A DNA stretch of 64,000 bases from Chara braunii (Eukaryota > Plantae > Charophyceae). This document shows, piece by piece, positions 1 to 12,799 of this stretch; position 1 is the first letter of the stretch; every line of letters begins with the position of its first letter. Location of the stretch: positions 3,632,933 to 3,696,932 of the forward strand of contig BFEA01000046.1 in NCBI GenBank assembly GCA_003427395.1, read 5' to 3'. Under the pieces are notes generated by a model, which saw nothing but the letters and a program-made list of their open reading frames with translations, did not search any database and had not been told where the DNA came from. Position numbers and translations under genes: made by a program.

Positions 1-2346
1 CTACCCTCCTATTGGGAAACTTCTTGGTGAGTAGAAGGACCTGCAAACTGAACCTACGAGAGTAACTGAGAGAACCATAAAACACAATTGAGATTATTCC
101 GGGTAGTAAGATGCCCAAAGGACCAATCTATCGCATATCCCCGCGAGAAGAAAAAAAATTGTTTGAACTTAATGAGAAACGATGGATGAGGCTGAGTTCC
201 TTTCCTTATTGCGCACCTGTACTCTTTGTGCCCAAAAAGGAAGGTGAGCTTGTATTGTGCATGGGCTACTGAGGATTGAACTCCGTAATTGTTAAAAATG
301 CGGAACCTCTACCTCGAATCGATGACTTGCTTGACCAATTGCAGGTTGCAAGTATTTCATCAAGATCCATATGAAGTCAGACTACCATCAGATCGAGGTG
401 GTTCCTGAGGATCAACACAAGATGACGTTTTGAACGAGGTATGGTCACATGAGTTTGTGGCTATGCCCTTTGGTCTTACTAACTCCCCTACAACCTTTGA
501 ACTCTCCATGAAACTCTTTCGTGAGTGGCTCGATGAAGTTGTAGTTGTGTATCTCGATGACATCCTCGTCTACAGGAAGACGTTGGACGACCATGAGAAA
601 CATCTACGAATGGTCTTGCAGAAGTTGCATGAGGGTAACTTGAAATTGATCCCAAAGACATGAGAGTTTGCAAAATCCGAAGTTTTATTATTCGGACATG
701 TTGCAAATGAAGATGGATTAAGGCCATAAGAGAAAAAAATTGCTGCAATTAGGGATTGGCCTAAGCCAAGGAACCTAACTGAATTGCGCTCCTTCTTAGG
801 ATTGGCAAGCTACTATGGAAAGTTTGTGAGGAACTTCTCTAGTATAGCAGCCCCAATGAGGAGACTATTGAAAATGGGTACTATTTGGCTATGCGTGAGG
901 AAGTATGCTCTAACTCACTACCTTGTTCGCAAGATTGATGATCCCTCACTTCCATTCGTCGTCACCTACCGACGCCAGTGGGATCGGTGCAGTCTTGCAG
1001 CAAAATGATAGGAAGGGGTACAAACCGATTGAGTTTATGTTTTGCCGCTTACCCTTTGAGAAAGTGGCTAACTCCATCTATGAGAGAGAGTTGTTTGCTT
1101 TGTTGCAGGCGTTAACTGCGTGGAAGCACTATCTGTTGGGCAAACACTTCAAAGTCTACTCAGATCATGAGACACTGAAGTGGCTCAAACACAACCACGA
1201 CTGTCCGATGAATTAGCTCGATGGTCTGCGATCATAGATACCTTTGTCTTCGAGTTGAAGACCATCAAGGGTAAGTACAATGCGATAGCCACCGCTCTCT
1301 CCAGTAGATCTGACTTCTCTGGAACAATCATTACTTACCTCGATATTGAAAGAGAATTGAAAGATAAAATCAGGGATGGGTATGCTAAAGACAGAGTATG
1401 GCAACCTATAACAGAATCTCTGAAAACGAACCCGGAACGCTTCCCAGACTATAAGATGAGTGATGGCATACTCTTCTTGATAGATAAAAGTGAGCAACGA
1501 GTTTGCATTCCCCACGATGAAGCAGTGAAGAGGTTGATTTTTGGTAAATGTCATGACACTGAAGGCCACTTTGGTATCAAGAAGACATTTGGTCACGTTT
1601 GGGAACAGTTTGAGAGGCAAGGAATGAAGGAAGACACACTAACCTATGTGAGAACTTGTTTTGTGTGTGAGAGATGAGAATCCACTGGGACAACTGAGAC
1701 CACTTCCCATCCTCAACAGACCAGGAAAGTCTATCTCTATCGATTTCACCAGTCTCACCAAGAGTCGGAATGGGAATAGTCAAGTATGCTATGTTTATTC
1801 CCCTACCTGTTGAATCTAAAACTGAACTCGTCATCCAGAAATGTGAGATGCGATGGGTTTCCGAGTACGAGTTTCATAAGCCTATCATATATGATAGAGA
1901 TGTAAGATTCATTGGTGAATAGTGGCAGAAGTTGACGAGTGCATATGGCATTAGACTAACCATGTCATCAGGGAGGCATCCCGAAACGAATGGACAAACT
2001 GAACAAATGAATAGACTGTGCCAACAACTTCTGCGCATGTATGTGAGCGCAGACCAAGTGGATTGGGATGAGAACCTGCGTAAGATAGCGAGTGCATATA
2101 ATAACAATGTTCACACAGTAACACGACAAACACCTAATGCACTACACAAAGGCTGGCAACCTCAAAGACCTGTTGATTCTCTAACAAGGGACCAGATACA
2201 AAGGTTGCCCCCAGGAACCTGATAATTTGCAGTTTTGTATGAGCAAGATATTGCGAAAGTCAAAGAAAATGTCAAGAAAGGCCAAAAACTCAGATGATTG
2301 AGCAAGCCAACTGCCCCCAGGAACCTGAGAATTTGCAGTTTTGTAT
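1..2346 (+). mobile_element. Degenerate Ty3/gypsy pol remnant (RT, RNase H, integrase), multiply frameshifted
   Basis: Broken ORFs carry MPFGLTNSP, YLDD (RT), [18 protein letters not shown] (RNase H), CHD..GHFG..C..C (integrase zinc finger) and GRHPETNGQTEQMNR (integrase core). The RT-RH-IN order is gypsy type. Confidence 0.93.
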
Positions 2347-2667
2347 TAGCACAAGGGTACCTATTGCGGCTTCGCTCACAAGGGATTGAGGGGGAAATGG
2401 GAGAAATGAGTCGGGGTGGTGGGTTCGGTGGGTTTTGGGGTGGTGGTCGGGGGTGTTCTTAGACTCATGGTCCAGTGGGGGGTTGTACCCTAACAGCTAT
2501 GGCAATGTGTGTGCAGCACCTTCTGCTAGTTGGAGAGGTTATGCAACAGTTGGCTTTGGAAATCGGCATGTTATGTCTACCCCTACTGTCTTCCCCCGAC
2601 TCTAGACTGAAATCCAGCGGCGTACCTTGGTTGGTATGGCACGCAAGTGGCATTCACGAGGTTTTGG

Positions 2668-2669
<2 letters not shown>

Positions 2670-2758
<89 letters not shown>

Positions 2759-2916
2759 TGCCGTGCTGCGTGCGCATGCGCGCTGTTTTTCCGTGTATTT
2801 TTTTTCTTTTAGATCTCCCAATGGTTTACAGGTCAGATGTCAAACTGATCGGAACAGATACTACACTTGATCGTCATCGTCGTCGTCGTTTTGGGGGCGG
2901 GGTAGTTAGTTTGGGG

Positions 2917-2974
<58 letters not shown>

Positions 2975-3131
2975 TTGCTTTGCTGCGCGCGCACGCGCGC
3001 TGTTTTTCCGTGGTTTTTTTTTTTTTCCAGATCTCCCAGTGGTTTCCAGGTCAGATGTCAAACTGATCAGAACAGATACTACACTTGATCGTCGTCGTCG
3101 TTTTGGGGGGCGGGGTAGTTAGTTAGTTTGG

Positions 3132-3169
<38 letters not shown>

Positions 3170-3284
3170 CCTCCCTCTTGCGCGCGCCGATTTACAAACG
3201 GGTCGCAACAGATACTACACTTGATCGTCATCGTTGTCGTCGTTTTGGGGGGCAGGGCAATTAGTTTGTTTGGGGTGTCTGTCT

Positions 3285-3341
<57 letters not shown>

Positions 3342-3479
3342 CGCGCGCCGTTTTTCAAACGGATCGGAACAGATACTGCACTTCGTCATTTTTGGGGGCG
3401 GGTCAAATATCAAACTGATCGCAACAGATACTACACTTGATCGTCATCGTCGGTTTGGGGGGCGAGGTAGTTAGTTAGG

Positions 3480-3552
<73 letters not shown>

Positions 3553-3553
3553 N

Positions 3554-3646
<93 letters not shown>

Positions 3647-3830
3647 GCTCGCTGTTTTTCCGTTTTTTTTAATATAAAAATCTCCCAATGGTCCACAGGT
3701 CAGATATCGAAGTGACCGGAACAGATACTACACTTGATCGTCAGCGTCGTCGTTGTTTTCTTGGGCGGGGGGACACTTGATGGTCATCGTCGCCATCGTT
3801 TTGGGGGGCGGGGTAGTTAGTTAGTTTGGG

Positions 3831-3868
<38 letters not shown>

Positions 3869-3873
3869 GTGTG
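2670..3873. repeat. Compound tandem repeat: (CT)n/(GT)n microsatellites alternating with U2 snRNA fragments and G-rich spacers
   Basis: Recurring unit ...cagatgtcaaactgatcggaacagatactacacttgatc-(gtc)n-ttttgggggcggggtagttag-(ct)n. Confidence 0.9.
2818..3782 (-). pseudogene. U2: Array of six U2 snRNA fragments (about U2 nt 26-80) at 2818-2872, 3036-3090, 3196-3226, 3355-3383, 3402-3442 and 3685-3739, plus a stub at 3774-3782
   Basis: The reverse complement reads GATCAAGTGTAGTATCTGTTC(C/T)GATCAGTTTGACATCTGA. This matches conserved U2 GAUCAAGUGUAGUAUCUGUUCUUAUCAGUUUAAUAUCUGA, including the GUAGUA branch-point recognition sequence. Confidence 0.9.
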
Positions 3874-5156
3874 TGTTACATGCTGCGCCTGCACACGCAG
3901 GCCATTTTCCAAGCCTGCGTCCTTCGGGCCGAAAGCCTGAAATCCAGGGCTTACAGGCCCCATGTCAGTTGAGCCCGAAAGCCTGAATTCCAGGGCCTAT
4001 CCCTGTGTCGTTTCAGACTAAAAATGGCAACAGCCTTTTTAGCCTGATACGAAGGGCCATTTTCGATCGTTAATCAGAACGACCGGCCCTGAAACTCAGG
4101 CACCGAACCAGGGTTTCGGGAACAGGCTATTCTTAGCCTGTTCCCACGCCAGCCTTAGCAGGCTGTTGCACGCCAGCCCTTGGCACACTTCGGCATTGGC
4201 AAGAAATGCCTCCTCGGCCTGGCTTGCCCTTCAGGCAGTCGGGAGGCAGGCCGAGGTAGTACATAGGAACCTCCCAGGCACTTCACGGGTAGGCAGAGAG
4301 GCAGTTGTAGTCTTCAGGATTCGGGAGCAGCACTCTGGAGGAAGCGCTGCAGAGTAGTAGTAGCGTTAGCTTGTAGTCTTCAGCGCTGGGCGCATAAGGT
4401 AGCTGTAGTCTCCTGCGTTGGGCGGCATAGCTAGATAGTACTAGAGAGAGAGAGAGATTGGGCGGAGGCCAGAGGCACTTACCTGCAGCACCGTTGCTCC
4501 AGCTTCGTCTTCAAGGTACCTGCAGCACAGCGCCAATACCACAGGTCAGTATCTGGCTCGTAATAGTGAGAGAGAGTTCTTCTTCTCCTCTTCTCCGTCC
4601 ACCGTCTCCTTCTCCCCCTCTCAACATCTGACTTCGCTGCATCTGCAGACTACGAGAGAAGAGAGAAACAGCTCGTTGACATCGGATCCAGACTCGACTT
4701 TTGGGACTTCAGGCATGGCAACGAGGGATTATTTGGGATCGGTGACAAAGATTCGGTGTTGTCGACATTCCCATCTCTCTCCCTCCTTTCGTATGATTCC
4801 TTCCTCTTCGTCTGTGTATCTCTGGACCTGGCGCTTTCTTCCTGTGTACAGCGCCAGGCTCCTTCACACCTGGTGAGGAATACGATGTATGTTTGGTCTG
4901 AGTTCAAACATTGATTGGGCTAGTTATTAGCATTCTAGCATTCTGCTTCGCTACTTTGTACTACGTGAATGAGGTCAGTCCCGGTCAGGTCAGTCTTGTA
5001 TTTAAGTCTTCCCTGCGCTATTCAGCACCATTATGTATGTATGAGAACGCACGTATCTTGTCGAGATTCTATTCGCACCGCATTGTCCATTCGGTCCTTT
5101 TCGTCACATTGCAGATCCTCAGTTATTACGTACATTGCATATCTGTGCACGTAACA
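3874..5156 (+). mobile_element. 5' LTR of gypsy element A
   Basis: Ends TGTTACATGC...GCACGTAACA (TG..CA with short terminal inverted repeat), followed by a PBS. Inserted into a (GT)n tract. Confidence 0.88.
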
Positions 5157-5158
5157 AT

Positions 5159-5170
5159 TGGTATCGGAGC
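5159..5170 (+). promoter_or_regulatory. Primer-binding site (tRNA-iMet type) of element A
   Basis: TGGTATCGGAGC, 2 nt after the LTR end; resembles canonical TGGTATCAGAGC. Confidence 0.85.
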
Positions 5171-6067
5171 ATCGCACGTGAATCGGGACAACCTGATCTG
5201 ACACGTGTGCGGGGACTAAATAGCTAGTTAGTCTTTATTGATTGATTAGAGCACACTAGTTAAGCCCCCAAAATCACGATTTTGACCTTACTACCGAAAA
5301 TCGAATTTTTTTTTCTTTCCTTGGATTTTGTTTTCTCGCTATTCTGTTGTGGGAAATCGCAATATCGCAACATCTTAAATTCCCATTTTTGTTTTTCTTC
5401 TGAAAATTCAAAATTTCGTTGTTGAAAATCCGAAATATTTTTCGTTTGGAAAATTTCGATTTCCTGTTGCATTTCCCGTTGCTTAGAAATTCGGAATATC
5501 TTCTTTTCCAAAATTCATTTTTCTGAAAACGGTATGGGAAATCCCTCCTACGGAATTATTTTCCAAACTGCGAATATTCTTATCTGAATAAATCCGAATA
5601 CTTGTCATTTCTGTTCGGAATTTTTTCGCAGTTCTAGGATTCTGTCGTTTAGTTCTATTAATCATTTGCAGTCTGAAGTCGAAATTTTTTTTGTCAGTGA
5701 TCATTTCGTACTTCAAGGGAGGTTGGGAGACCTACCGAACTTGCAAAAAATCGGGATTTTTGTTTTTCTCGAAATTTTTTTGCAAAGTTCAAACTTTTCT
5801 TTTTGATTAGTGGCTCCTTATCAGAGTGATTAGTTGGGCAATTATCCCGCCCACCCCTCCCCACCTATGTTGTTTCCATCTCTCGCCTTATCTTCTTTGC
5901 TTGTCTCCGGGTACCCCCTGCGGCGGCATTGGTGAGTTGCCACGTCAGCACGCCACGTCAGCAGGCCACGTCTGCAGGACACGTCAGCAGTGCCACGTCA
6001 GCAGCAGAGGATACCACATCAGCAGGCCCCGGCCTGGTCTATGCTGTTGCGTTCACATACAACAGTC

Positions 6068-8007
6068 ATGGACCAGAGGCCCGGAGAAGCAGACGAGGCC
6101 TATCAGGCCCGCATGCTCGCCTGGAGTACCGAGACAAAGAAACGGGCAGATGACGTTGCCGCAGCAGCAAAGAAGAAGGAAGAGGATGCCGAGCAGGCAC
6201 GTCTGATGGCAATTGAACAACAACGTCAGCATGACGATGCAGCAGCAAGGGCTGTCGATGAAGAAAGACACCAACGTCGTAAGAAGATATTTACCGGAGA
6301 GCAGGCGTTACTTACAATGGCAGCAGAATGGCGGACCGAGGCCGAGAATAGCAAGCTGGAGGATAGCGCAAACAAGATAGCGCTCCTTTCGCATCTCACA
6401 GACCTCCTAGCAACCTGCATTACACAACAGGAGGAGATCCACAGTCTCGACAACTCGCTAGCTCACGTCCAAAACCGCCTTCAGCGGTTGGAGCAGCCAC
6501 CAGCCGCCGCCGCCGATGCAAGCTCTTCCAATACTTCCGACCGCCTCAATGCATTGGAGATGGACGTCGGCTCACTCAAGGATGGCGTGCAATTACAGCA
6601 GACGGCGACGCAACAGTTGCAACAGCGGATCTGCACTACCGCCAACATCTCGAGTTCGGAACCGCGCGAGACAGCTCCAAAGTTTGACGGGCAGGATATC
6701 TTCTGCGACTCAATGAAGACAAATCCGGTTCCATGGTTTCGCAAGTTCGAGCTCACGCTGCAGCTCCACGACGTCAAGGAACACAAGCACCACGCATACT
6801 TGTACTCTCGCTCAGGGGGCGCGTGCCAGGCTTGGTTGGACAGCCTGTTGTCCAAGTACGGAGTGGTAGCCAACGACTTGCACACCAAGATCAGCTGGGA
6901 TGATCTGAAGGCGGCGTGGCACAAGCGGTTCCAGGTGGAGCCGCCGGAGACCAAAGCCATGGACAAGCTCATGGTCTTCGAGCAAGGCACGCTGCCGAGT
7001 ACGGACTGGATCGCCGAGTACCAACGCTTGGCGTCAGTCCCAGACATCCAGATGGGCTTCAAAGCCATCCGCCATTACTTCATCTCAAGGTCATGTCCGC
7101 TCCACAACGTCAAGGAACACAAGCACCACGCATACTTGGTACTCTCGCTCAGGGGGCGCGTGCCAGGCTTGGTTGGACAACCTGTTGTCCAAGTACGGAG
7201 TGGTAGCCAACGACTTGCACACCAAGATCAGTTGGGATGATCTGAAGGTGGCGTGGCACAAGCGGTTCCAGGTGGAGCCGCCGGAAACCAAAGCCATGGA
7301 CAAGCTCATGGTCCTCGAGCAAGGCACGCTGCCGAGTACGGACTGGATCGCCGAGTACCAACGCTTGACATCAGTCCCAGACATCCAGATGGGCTTCAAA
7401 ACCATCCGCCATTACTTCATCTCAAGGTCATGTCCGACATTAAGCAATGCCCTGACGCATGTTGAGGACACCTTGACGACGACGGCGGAATTGTTTGACA
7501 AGGCCGCGCAGATCATCATCACGAACAAGGAGGCCAAGAACCTCCGTTCATCTACGTAAGGGCCGAGCAGGGACCAGCATCGGCCAAGAGTGGTCGTGGT
7601 CGCAGCGGCAACGCAGTTTGACCAATCCAGCGAGGCTGTGTCTGCCAGTGAAGGGGACAGACTCGCAGCCGCCCGGGAAGGTGGCCGCCCCGACAGAGGC
7701 CGAGGACGCGGCAAGACGAAGACACACACCGCATCTAGCCCCGGGCCCGGTGCAGCAGCTCAGACACGCCTTAGAGTTGGAAGTTCCAAATTCATTGGTC
7801 AATCAGCAGGCTCGCCATAGTTTGATCGAAGAGGAGCCTCAGAGACTACAAGCGAAGCAACTTTTGTTTTGCCCATGGTCCCAATATGGCATCTCCGAGC
7901 AAGCATTCAAAGCACGCGAGAGATTCCATTATTGCCTTTGGTGCAACAGCGATCTTCATCAGACGCAGGTCTGCCCATTGAAAGGCAAGGGCAAACAGGG
8001 AAACTGA
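6068..8007 (+). pseudogene. gag: gag of gypsy element A, disrupted by an internal duplication, frameshifts and a stop
   Basis: Coiled-coil N-terminus, PKFDG..WF capsid-like segment and zinc knuckle CLWCNSDLHQTQVC. Stop codon at 7557-7559. Confidence 0.8.
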
Positions 8008-10355
8008 GCACCACTGAGAGTGACTCAACGACACTCTCGACGCCTTCGGAACCGGTTTCTTCGCGAGTAATCGGCCTTCATTCCGAGGCGCACGCGGAAG
8101 TCGATAGTCCTCCTCTTCTACTTTCTTTTGAGGACTATGCTGCCCGGCTCGTTCCTACGCCGGGTACTCAAGCTCAAGGACAAGAAGTGTGTGCGGTTTC
8201 TTCTCCGTCCGGCAACGACGACATATCGTCTTCAAGTGGTTCTTCACGGGATTCGGCACGCGAGTTCAACATAGAGGCATTGGACCCGCTCACGTCCGAG
8301 GACTTTGCATGGCTTCCTCTCCCGACCACAGGCCGCATGCCGGGACCGCAATGCGCAGCACTTAGCGCTCATCTCCACACTTACTTATCCTTCTATGCAC
8401 CACCAACTTCGCCGACGGATGACAAAGTCGCGGTGGGGGACATCCTGGCGTATACTACCAAAGTGGCCCGCGAGTTTCGCACGCATCGGTACGATGACAA
8501 CAACGCACCGCTCATGTATGTCCGCATTCAAGTTGGGCAAGCGTCCTGCAGCGCTTCGCTGGATAGCGGCGCGTCTCGCAACTTCATGAGCCAATCCTTT
8601 ATGCAAAGGGCTGGCGTTGGCGCACAATTTTGGAGGAAGGCAAACCCGACGGCGATCAAGTTGGCGGATGGAAAGACGCAACAACTTCTCGACCGTTACA
8701 TCGAGGCCGTACCGGTCTACTTCGCACCTCATGCATGCGAACCGGTGACATTCGATATTCTCGACACGGACTTTGACATCATTCTAGGAATGCCTTGGCT
8801 TGCAAGTGCGGATCACGCGGTCAACTTCCATCGGCGGACTCTTAGCTTTCGCGACCCCTTCGGCGCGGAAGTGGCGTGTACTATTCCTCTACCGCACCCT
8901 TCGATCCTGTGCCAAGTGGTGACGGCCAAATCATTCCGGGCGACTTGCGCTTACCAGCAGCCCGAGGAGATTGGCCTATGTTTCCTACAGACCGTCGCGG
9001 TAGCTGACTCTTCACCCACGGACTTGTCTTCGGACCCCCGTGTGGTGCGGTTGCTGGACGAGTTCGCCGACATCTTCGAGCCACCTACCGGTGTGGTGCC
9101 TGATCGGCCAATCTCTCACGAGATGATCCTTGAGGCCGGTGTCGTGCCGCCGAAAGGTTGCATCTATCGGATGAGCGAGGAGGAACTCGAGGTCCTCCGA
9201 GCACAACTCGACGATTTGTTGGCCAAGGGCTGGATCCGCCCTAGCAGCTCCCCATATGGAGCACCAGTTCTCTTCGTCAGGAAGAGGAACAAGGATTTAC
9301 GACTGTGTATCGACTACCGCAAGCTCAATGCGCAAACCGTCAAGAATGCGGAGCCTCTTCCTCGCATCGACGATCTTCTGGAGCGATTGGGCGGCGCAAA
9401 GTACTTTTCTAAGTTGGATTTGAAATCGAGATATCATCAAATCTCGATCCGGCCGAATGATCGCTACAAGACCGCGTTCAAGACGCGGTACGGGCATTTT
9501 GAGTGGGTGGTCATGCCTTTTGGCCTCACCAACGCCCCGACGACCTTTCAAGCGGCAATGACCAATGAGTTCCGTGCAATGCTGGACCGGTTCGTGCTGG
9601 TCTACTTAGACGATATTCTCGTCTATAGCCGGACATTGGAGGATCATCTTGGACATCTTCGACGAGTGTTGGAGACGCTCCGCCGCGCCAAGTACAAGGC
9701 CAACCATGACAAGTGTGAATTTGTCTGGCAAGAGCTAGAATACTTAGGCCATTTTGTCACACCGGAGGGCATCTTTCCGCTATCGGACAAGATTCAGGCC
9801 ATCCAAGAGTGGGCGGAGCCTCGGAACGTCACTGATGTCCGCTCGTTCCTCGGTCTTGCCGACTACTATCAGCGCTTTATCAAAGGCTACTCGAAGATCG
9901 CGGCCCACTTGAACAAGCTTCAATGCGAGGATCGGTCGTTTGACTTCGGAGAGGAGGCGCGGGGATCATTCTTCGCTCTCAAAGCCGCGCTATTGTTTGT
10001 GGAGGTCTTGCGGATATACGACCCGCTCTTGCCTACGCACGTCACTACGGATGCGTCAGGCTATGGCATTGGTGCAGTCCTCGAGCAACATGATGGTGTG
10101 GACTGGCACCCGATCAAGTACTTTAGCAAGAAAGTGCCCATCGTGCATTCCATTGACGATGCACGCAAGAAGGAGCTCCTCGCCTTCGTCCACGAGCGGT
10201 GGCGGCACTTCCTCCTTGGTCAAAGCCAATTTCGCTGGGTAACGGACAACAATCCGTTGGTCTTCTACAAGACCCAAGACAACGTCAACAACACCATTGC
10301 TCGATGGATGGCTTTCATCGACCAGTTCGACTTCTTTCCCGATCACATTCCCGGG
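7869..10355 (+). CDS. pol: pol of gypsy element A (protease-RT-RNase H), truncated before integrase
   Basis: LDSGASRNF (aspartic protease), CIDYRKLN, MPFGLTNAP, YLDD, TDASGYGIGAVL. Homology stops at FFPDHIPG. Confidence 0.93.
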
Positions 10356-12227
10356 ATTCGCTATTTCCAACAATGTGTGGCACATGAGTTTGCTGACTTC
10401 GTCTGACGCGGCATAGTGCTTCCTTTGCACTTCCACCTTCGCTTCCAACGCCTCGCACTGCCGGACCTGGATAGAGCATTGCCGCTTGCTTGCACTCTCC
10501 ATCGTCGACGTCATTAGCTCCCCGTGTTTCTCCATGCATTCCGTCAGCGCCTCGAAAGTCTGCTGCCTCGTGCGCTTCCTTTTCCCAGAACCGTCGGGGG
10601 TGCCCGTCGTCTGCGAAAAGCCTCGCGTCGACCCCTCCTCATCGTGTTCTCGCGCTGCACCTCCTTCCCCGTCCGCCACCGATTCAGGATCCACGTAAGA
10701 CGTCGAAGGCGGGCGCACGCCGCCAGACGCACCGATGTCTTCCACGTTCTTCGGGTGGATGGTGTGGTTCATCCCAGTCGACCCCTCTGTCTCGTCATAA
10801 ACTGCGCGATCCATCGTGAAATTGAAGCCCTTGCTTGCCCTCTCCTTCAACGTCAACTTGAAAAAGTCGGCACCCCGTGACGGTGATTGAAAGTGATGGA
10901 CTTTCTTGAACTGCTGCATTAGATTGTCCCACTTCTTCCCGCATTTCTCCGCATTCCTGTCCACGCCGACGTTCTTCAACCTTTGGGCGACGTCTTGCCA
11001 TTTCCATTCCCGCGGTTTCATCCGTGCGTATGCGTGGCCCATCCCCTGCATATGCGCATCTTGGTCACGTTTAGCCCTTATGAGGGCTATAATGTGTTCC
11101 ACGGACCAGAAGTTGCGCTTCTCCTCCGCATCACCGTCGCCTTCGCCACCGCTCCCCTTTCCCTGCCCTTTCTTCGCCCGCAGACGAGCATTGCGGCCGG
11201 AAGGCTTGGACTTCCCACCCTTACCAGCCATGTCGCTCTGCAACGATGGCGACGCGTGACCAACCCCCCCTTCCCCACACTCTACGTCGTTGTCGTCGTC
11301 GTCGTCTGCGTCCGCCGGTGGATCGTCCGTCTCGTTCTCGTTCTCCCGGTCTCCCACGTGAAGACGCTCCACCCCCCGTGTGATGTATTCCTCTCGCCGC
11401 AGCAGGTGATCCCGCCGCAGGTCCCTGCACACCTCCCTCCCGTCGCGACCATTACCAACATCCAAAAAGTCGGTCCCGCCGTCGACTCCGACGCCACGGC
11501 CTCGTGCCACTTCCGACGCCGCGGACAGGGGAGATGGCAACTGCATCCACTCCGGCCGACCCTTGGCGCCCTTGGACAGAGAGCCCACCCGTGGTTGGGG
11601 CGTCGACGAGTTCCGGTTCGTTCCCGCCGTCTCACTCGCCAACGCCCTCGTCCTCGCTGATCGATCAACAACTGTCAATTGCCCGCCTTCGTCGCCGGGG
11701 TGGGGTCGCACGAGCACTGTGCGCGATGGAGTTGTAGACCGCCCGGTGGACAAACCAAACGACAAGTTGACGCGGCCATCTCCTTCGTCTTCGCCAAGGC
11801 CAGGCCGAAGGAGTTCAGTGAATGATTGCTCGTACACGCCGGCACCCGTCCCGCACAACTCCGTGGCTGTCCACTCCTGCGTTGATCCGCTGCCCAACGA
11901 CACGGTTTGTGGCCGTCTCTCCACCACCTCCTCCTCGTCCGATGAGCCGGGGAGTGGTTGCAAGTGCGGTGGCAATGCATCATACCCAACCCGCTGGGAG
12001 GCCCTGCCAACGGTCGACAGGCTCCCCCCACACCGCCTCCCTCCGACCTGCTCCCCACCGGACCGGGGGATCGCCTGCCGTGCCTCCATCCTGGCGTCCT
12101 TCATCGAAGACCTTTTGCGTCGACGCGGCGGCACGTTCCCAAGGATGCAAACGCGGAAGAGAACCACGAGGAGCAGCAATAGGACAACGAGGATCAGCAG
12201 CGGCAGCCTGCGGAACACGTCAGCCAT
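10056..12227 (-). CDS. Harbinger-type Myb/SANT (trihelix GT-1-like) DNA-binding protein; C-terminus reads through into antisense gypsy pol. Start codon uncertain (ATG at 12227 or 12089).
   Basis: FWSVEHIIALIRAKR...KWQDVAQRL..GVDRNAEKCGKKWDNL trihelix motif, followed by a coiled coil; lies inside a Harbinger TIR. Confidence 0.8.
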   Translation of the reverse strand: MADVFRRLPLLILVVLLLLLVVLFRVCILGNVPPRRRKRSSMKDARMEARQAIPRSGGEQVGGRRCGGSLSTVGRASQRVGYDALPPHLQPLPGSSDEEEVVERRPQTVSLGSGSTQEWTATELCGTGAGVYEQSFTELLRPGLGEDEGDGRVNLSFGLSTGRSTTPSRTVLVRPHPGDEGGQLTVVDRSARTRALASETAGTNRNSSTPQPRVGSLSKGAKGRPEWMQLPSPLSAASEVARGRGVGVDGGTDFLDVGNGRDGREVCRDLRRDHLLRREEYITRGVERLHVGDRENENETDDPPADADDDDDNDVECGEGGVGHASPSLQSDMAGKGGKSKPSGRNARLRAKKGQGKGSGGEGDGDAEEKRNFWSVEHIIALIRAKRDQDAHMQGMGHAYARMKPREWKWQDVAQRLKNVGVDRNAEKCGKKWDNLMQQFKKVHHFQSPSRGADFFKLTLKERASKGFNFTMDRAVYDETEGSTGMNHTIHPKNVEDIGASGGVRPPSTSYVDPESVADGEGGAAREHDEEGSTRGFSQTTGTPDGSGKRKRTRQQTFEALTECMEKHGELMTSTMESASKRQCSIQVRQCEALEAKVEVQRKHYAASDEVSKLMCHTLLEIANPGNVIGKEVELVDESHPSSNGVVDVVLGLVEDQRIVVRYPAKLALTKEEVPPPLVDEGEELLLACIVNGMHDGHFLAKVLDRVPVHTIMLLEDCTNAIA

Positions 12228-12799
12228 GAAACAGTCGATGACGACGGCAGCAAACGGAAGACAACGCGGGCGCCAACATAACAGCGGAGCGCAGTGCTGC
12301 AAACGGTCGTCCTGAGGACGTCTTCGGTCTCCCACGCTCAGTGCGTAATTGGGAGCTGGAGTGCGGCCTGAAATATTCGTATCTGCCGACCGTTGGGACA
12401 TTCCCGCAGATTGCCAAACGCGACGACGCAAGACGGCACCTTCTGGACGTGGGGGATGCCGGTTGCCCGCAAACGGTAACTGTTGCAGTGAAGCCAAACG
12501 TTGGCGACCCGACATGTCCGTCGAGTCGCAGGCAGGACCATCGATGGACCAGACGAAATTGAAAAATGTCGTCGAAGGAGCTGGAGTCGACGCCCCGATT
12601 CTTCCGAAAGCTCGACCTCCGAGGGACCATGGGAGGTCCCTTGGAGAAATCGCCAAAATGGCTGTGTGGCCCCGAGGAATCCCCGAGGAATCCCCGAGGA
12701 AATGTTTTCACATTTTCTTTTCCGTGTCTTCCCCGAGGATGAGTGGAACGGGCATTTCCTTGGGGAATTGCGGGCCCCGAGGAGTGTCGAACGAGGCCC
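10356..12799 (-). mobile_element. PIF/Harbinger transposon half carrying the Myb/SANT-like ORF; one TIR retained
   Basis: TIR GGGCCTCGTTCGACACTCC at 12799-12781 (minus), near-identical to the TIRs at 49674, 53045 and 54736. Confidence 0.82.

Noticed and set aside
2475-3696. ORFs with poly-LS/ER/HT
   Set aside because: Translations of (CT)n/(GT)n microsatellites
2818-3782. CRISPR-like repeat-spacer appearance
   Set aside because: The repeats are U2 fragments, the spacers are microsatellites of variable length, the context is eukaryotic and no cas genes are present
10056-12656. Host trihelix transcription factor gene
   Set aside because: Bounded by a Harbinger TIR, truncated, and with paralogous starts in non-autonomous elements
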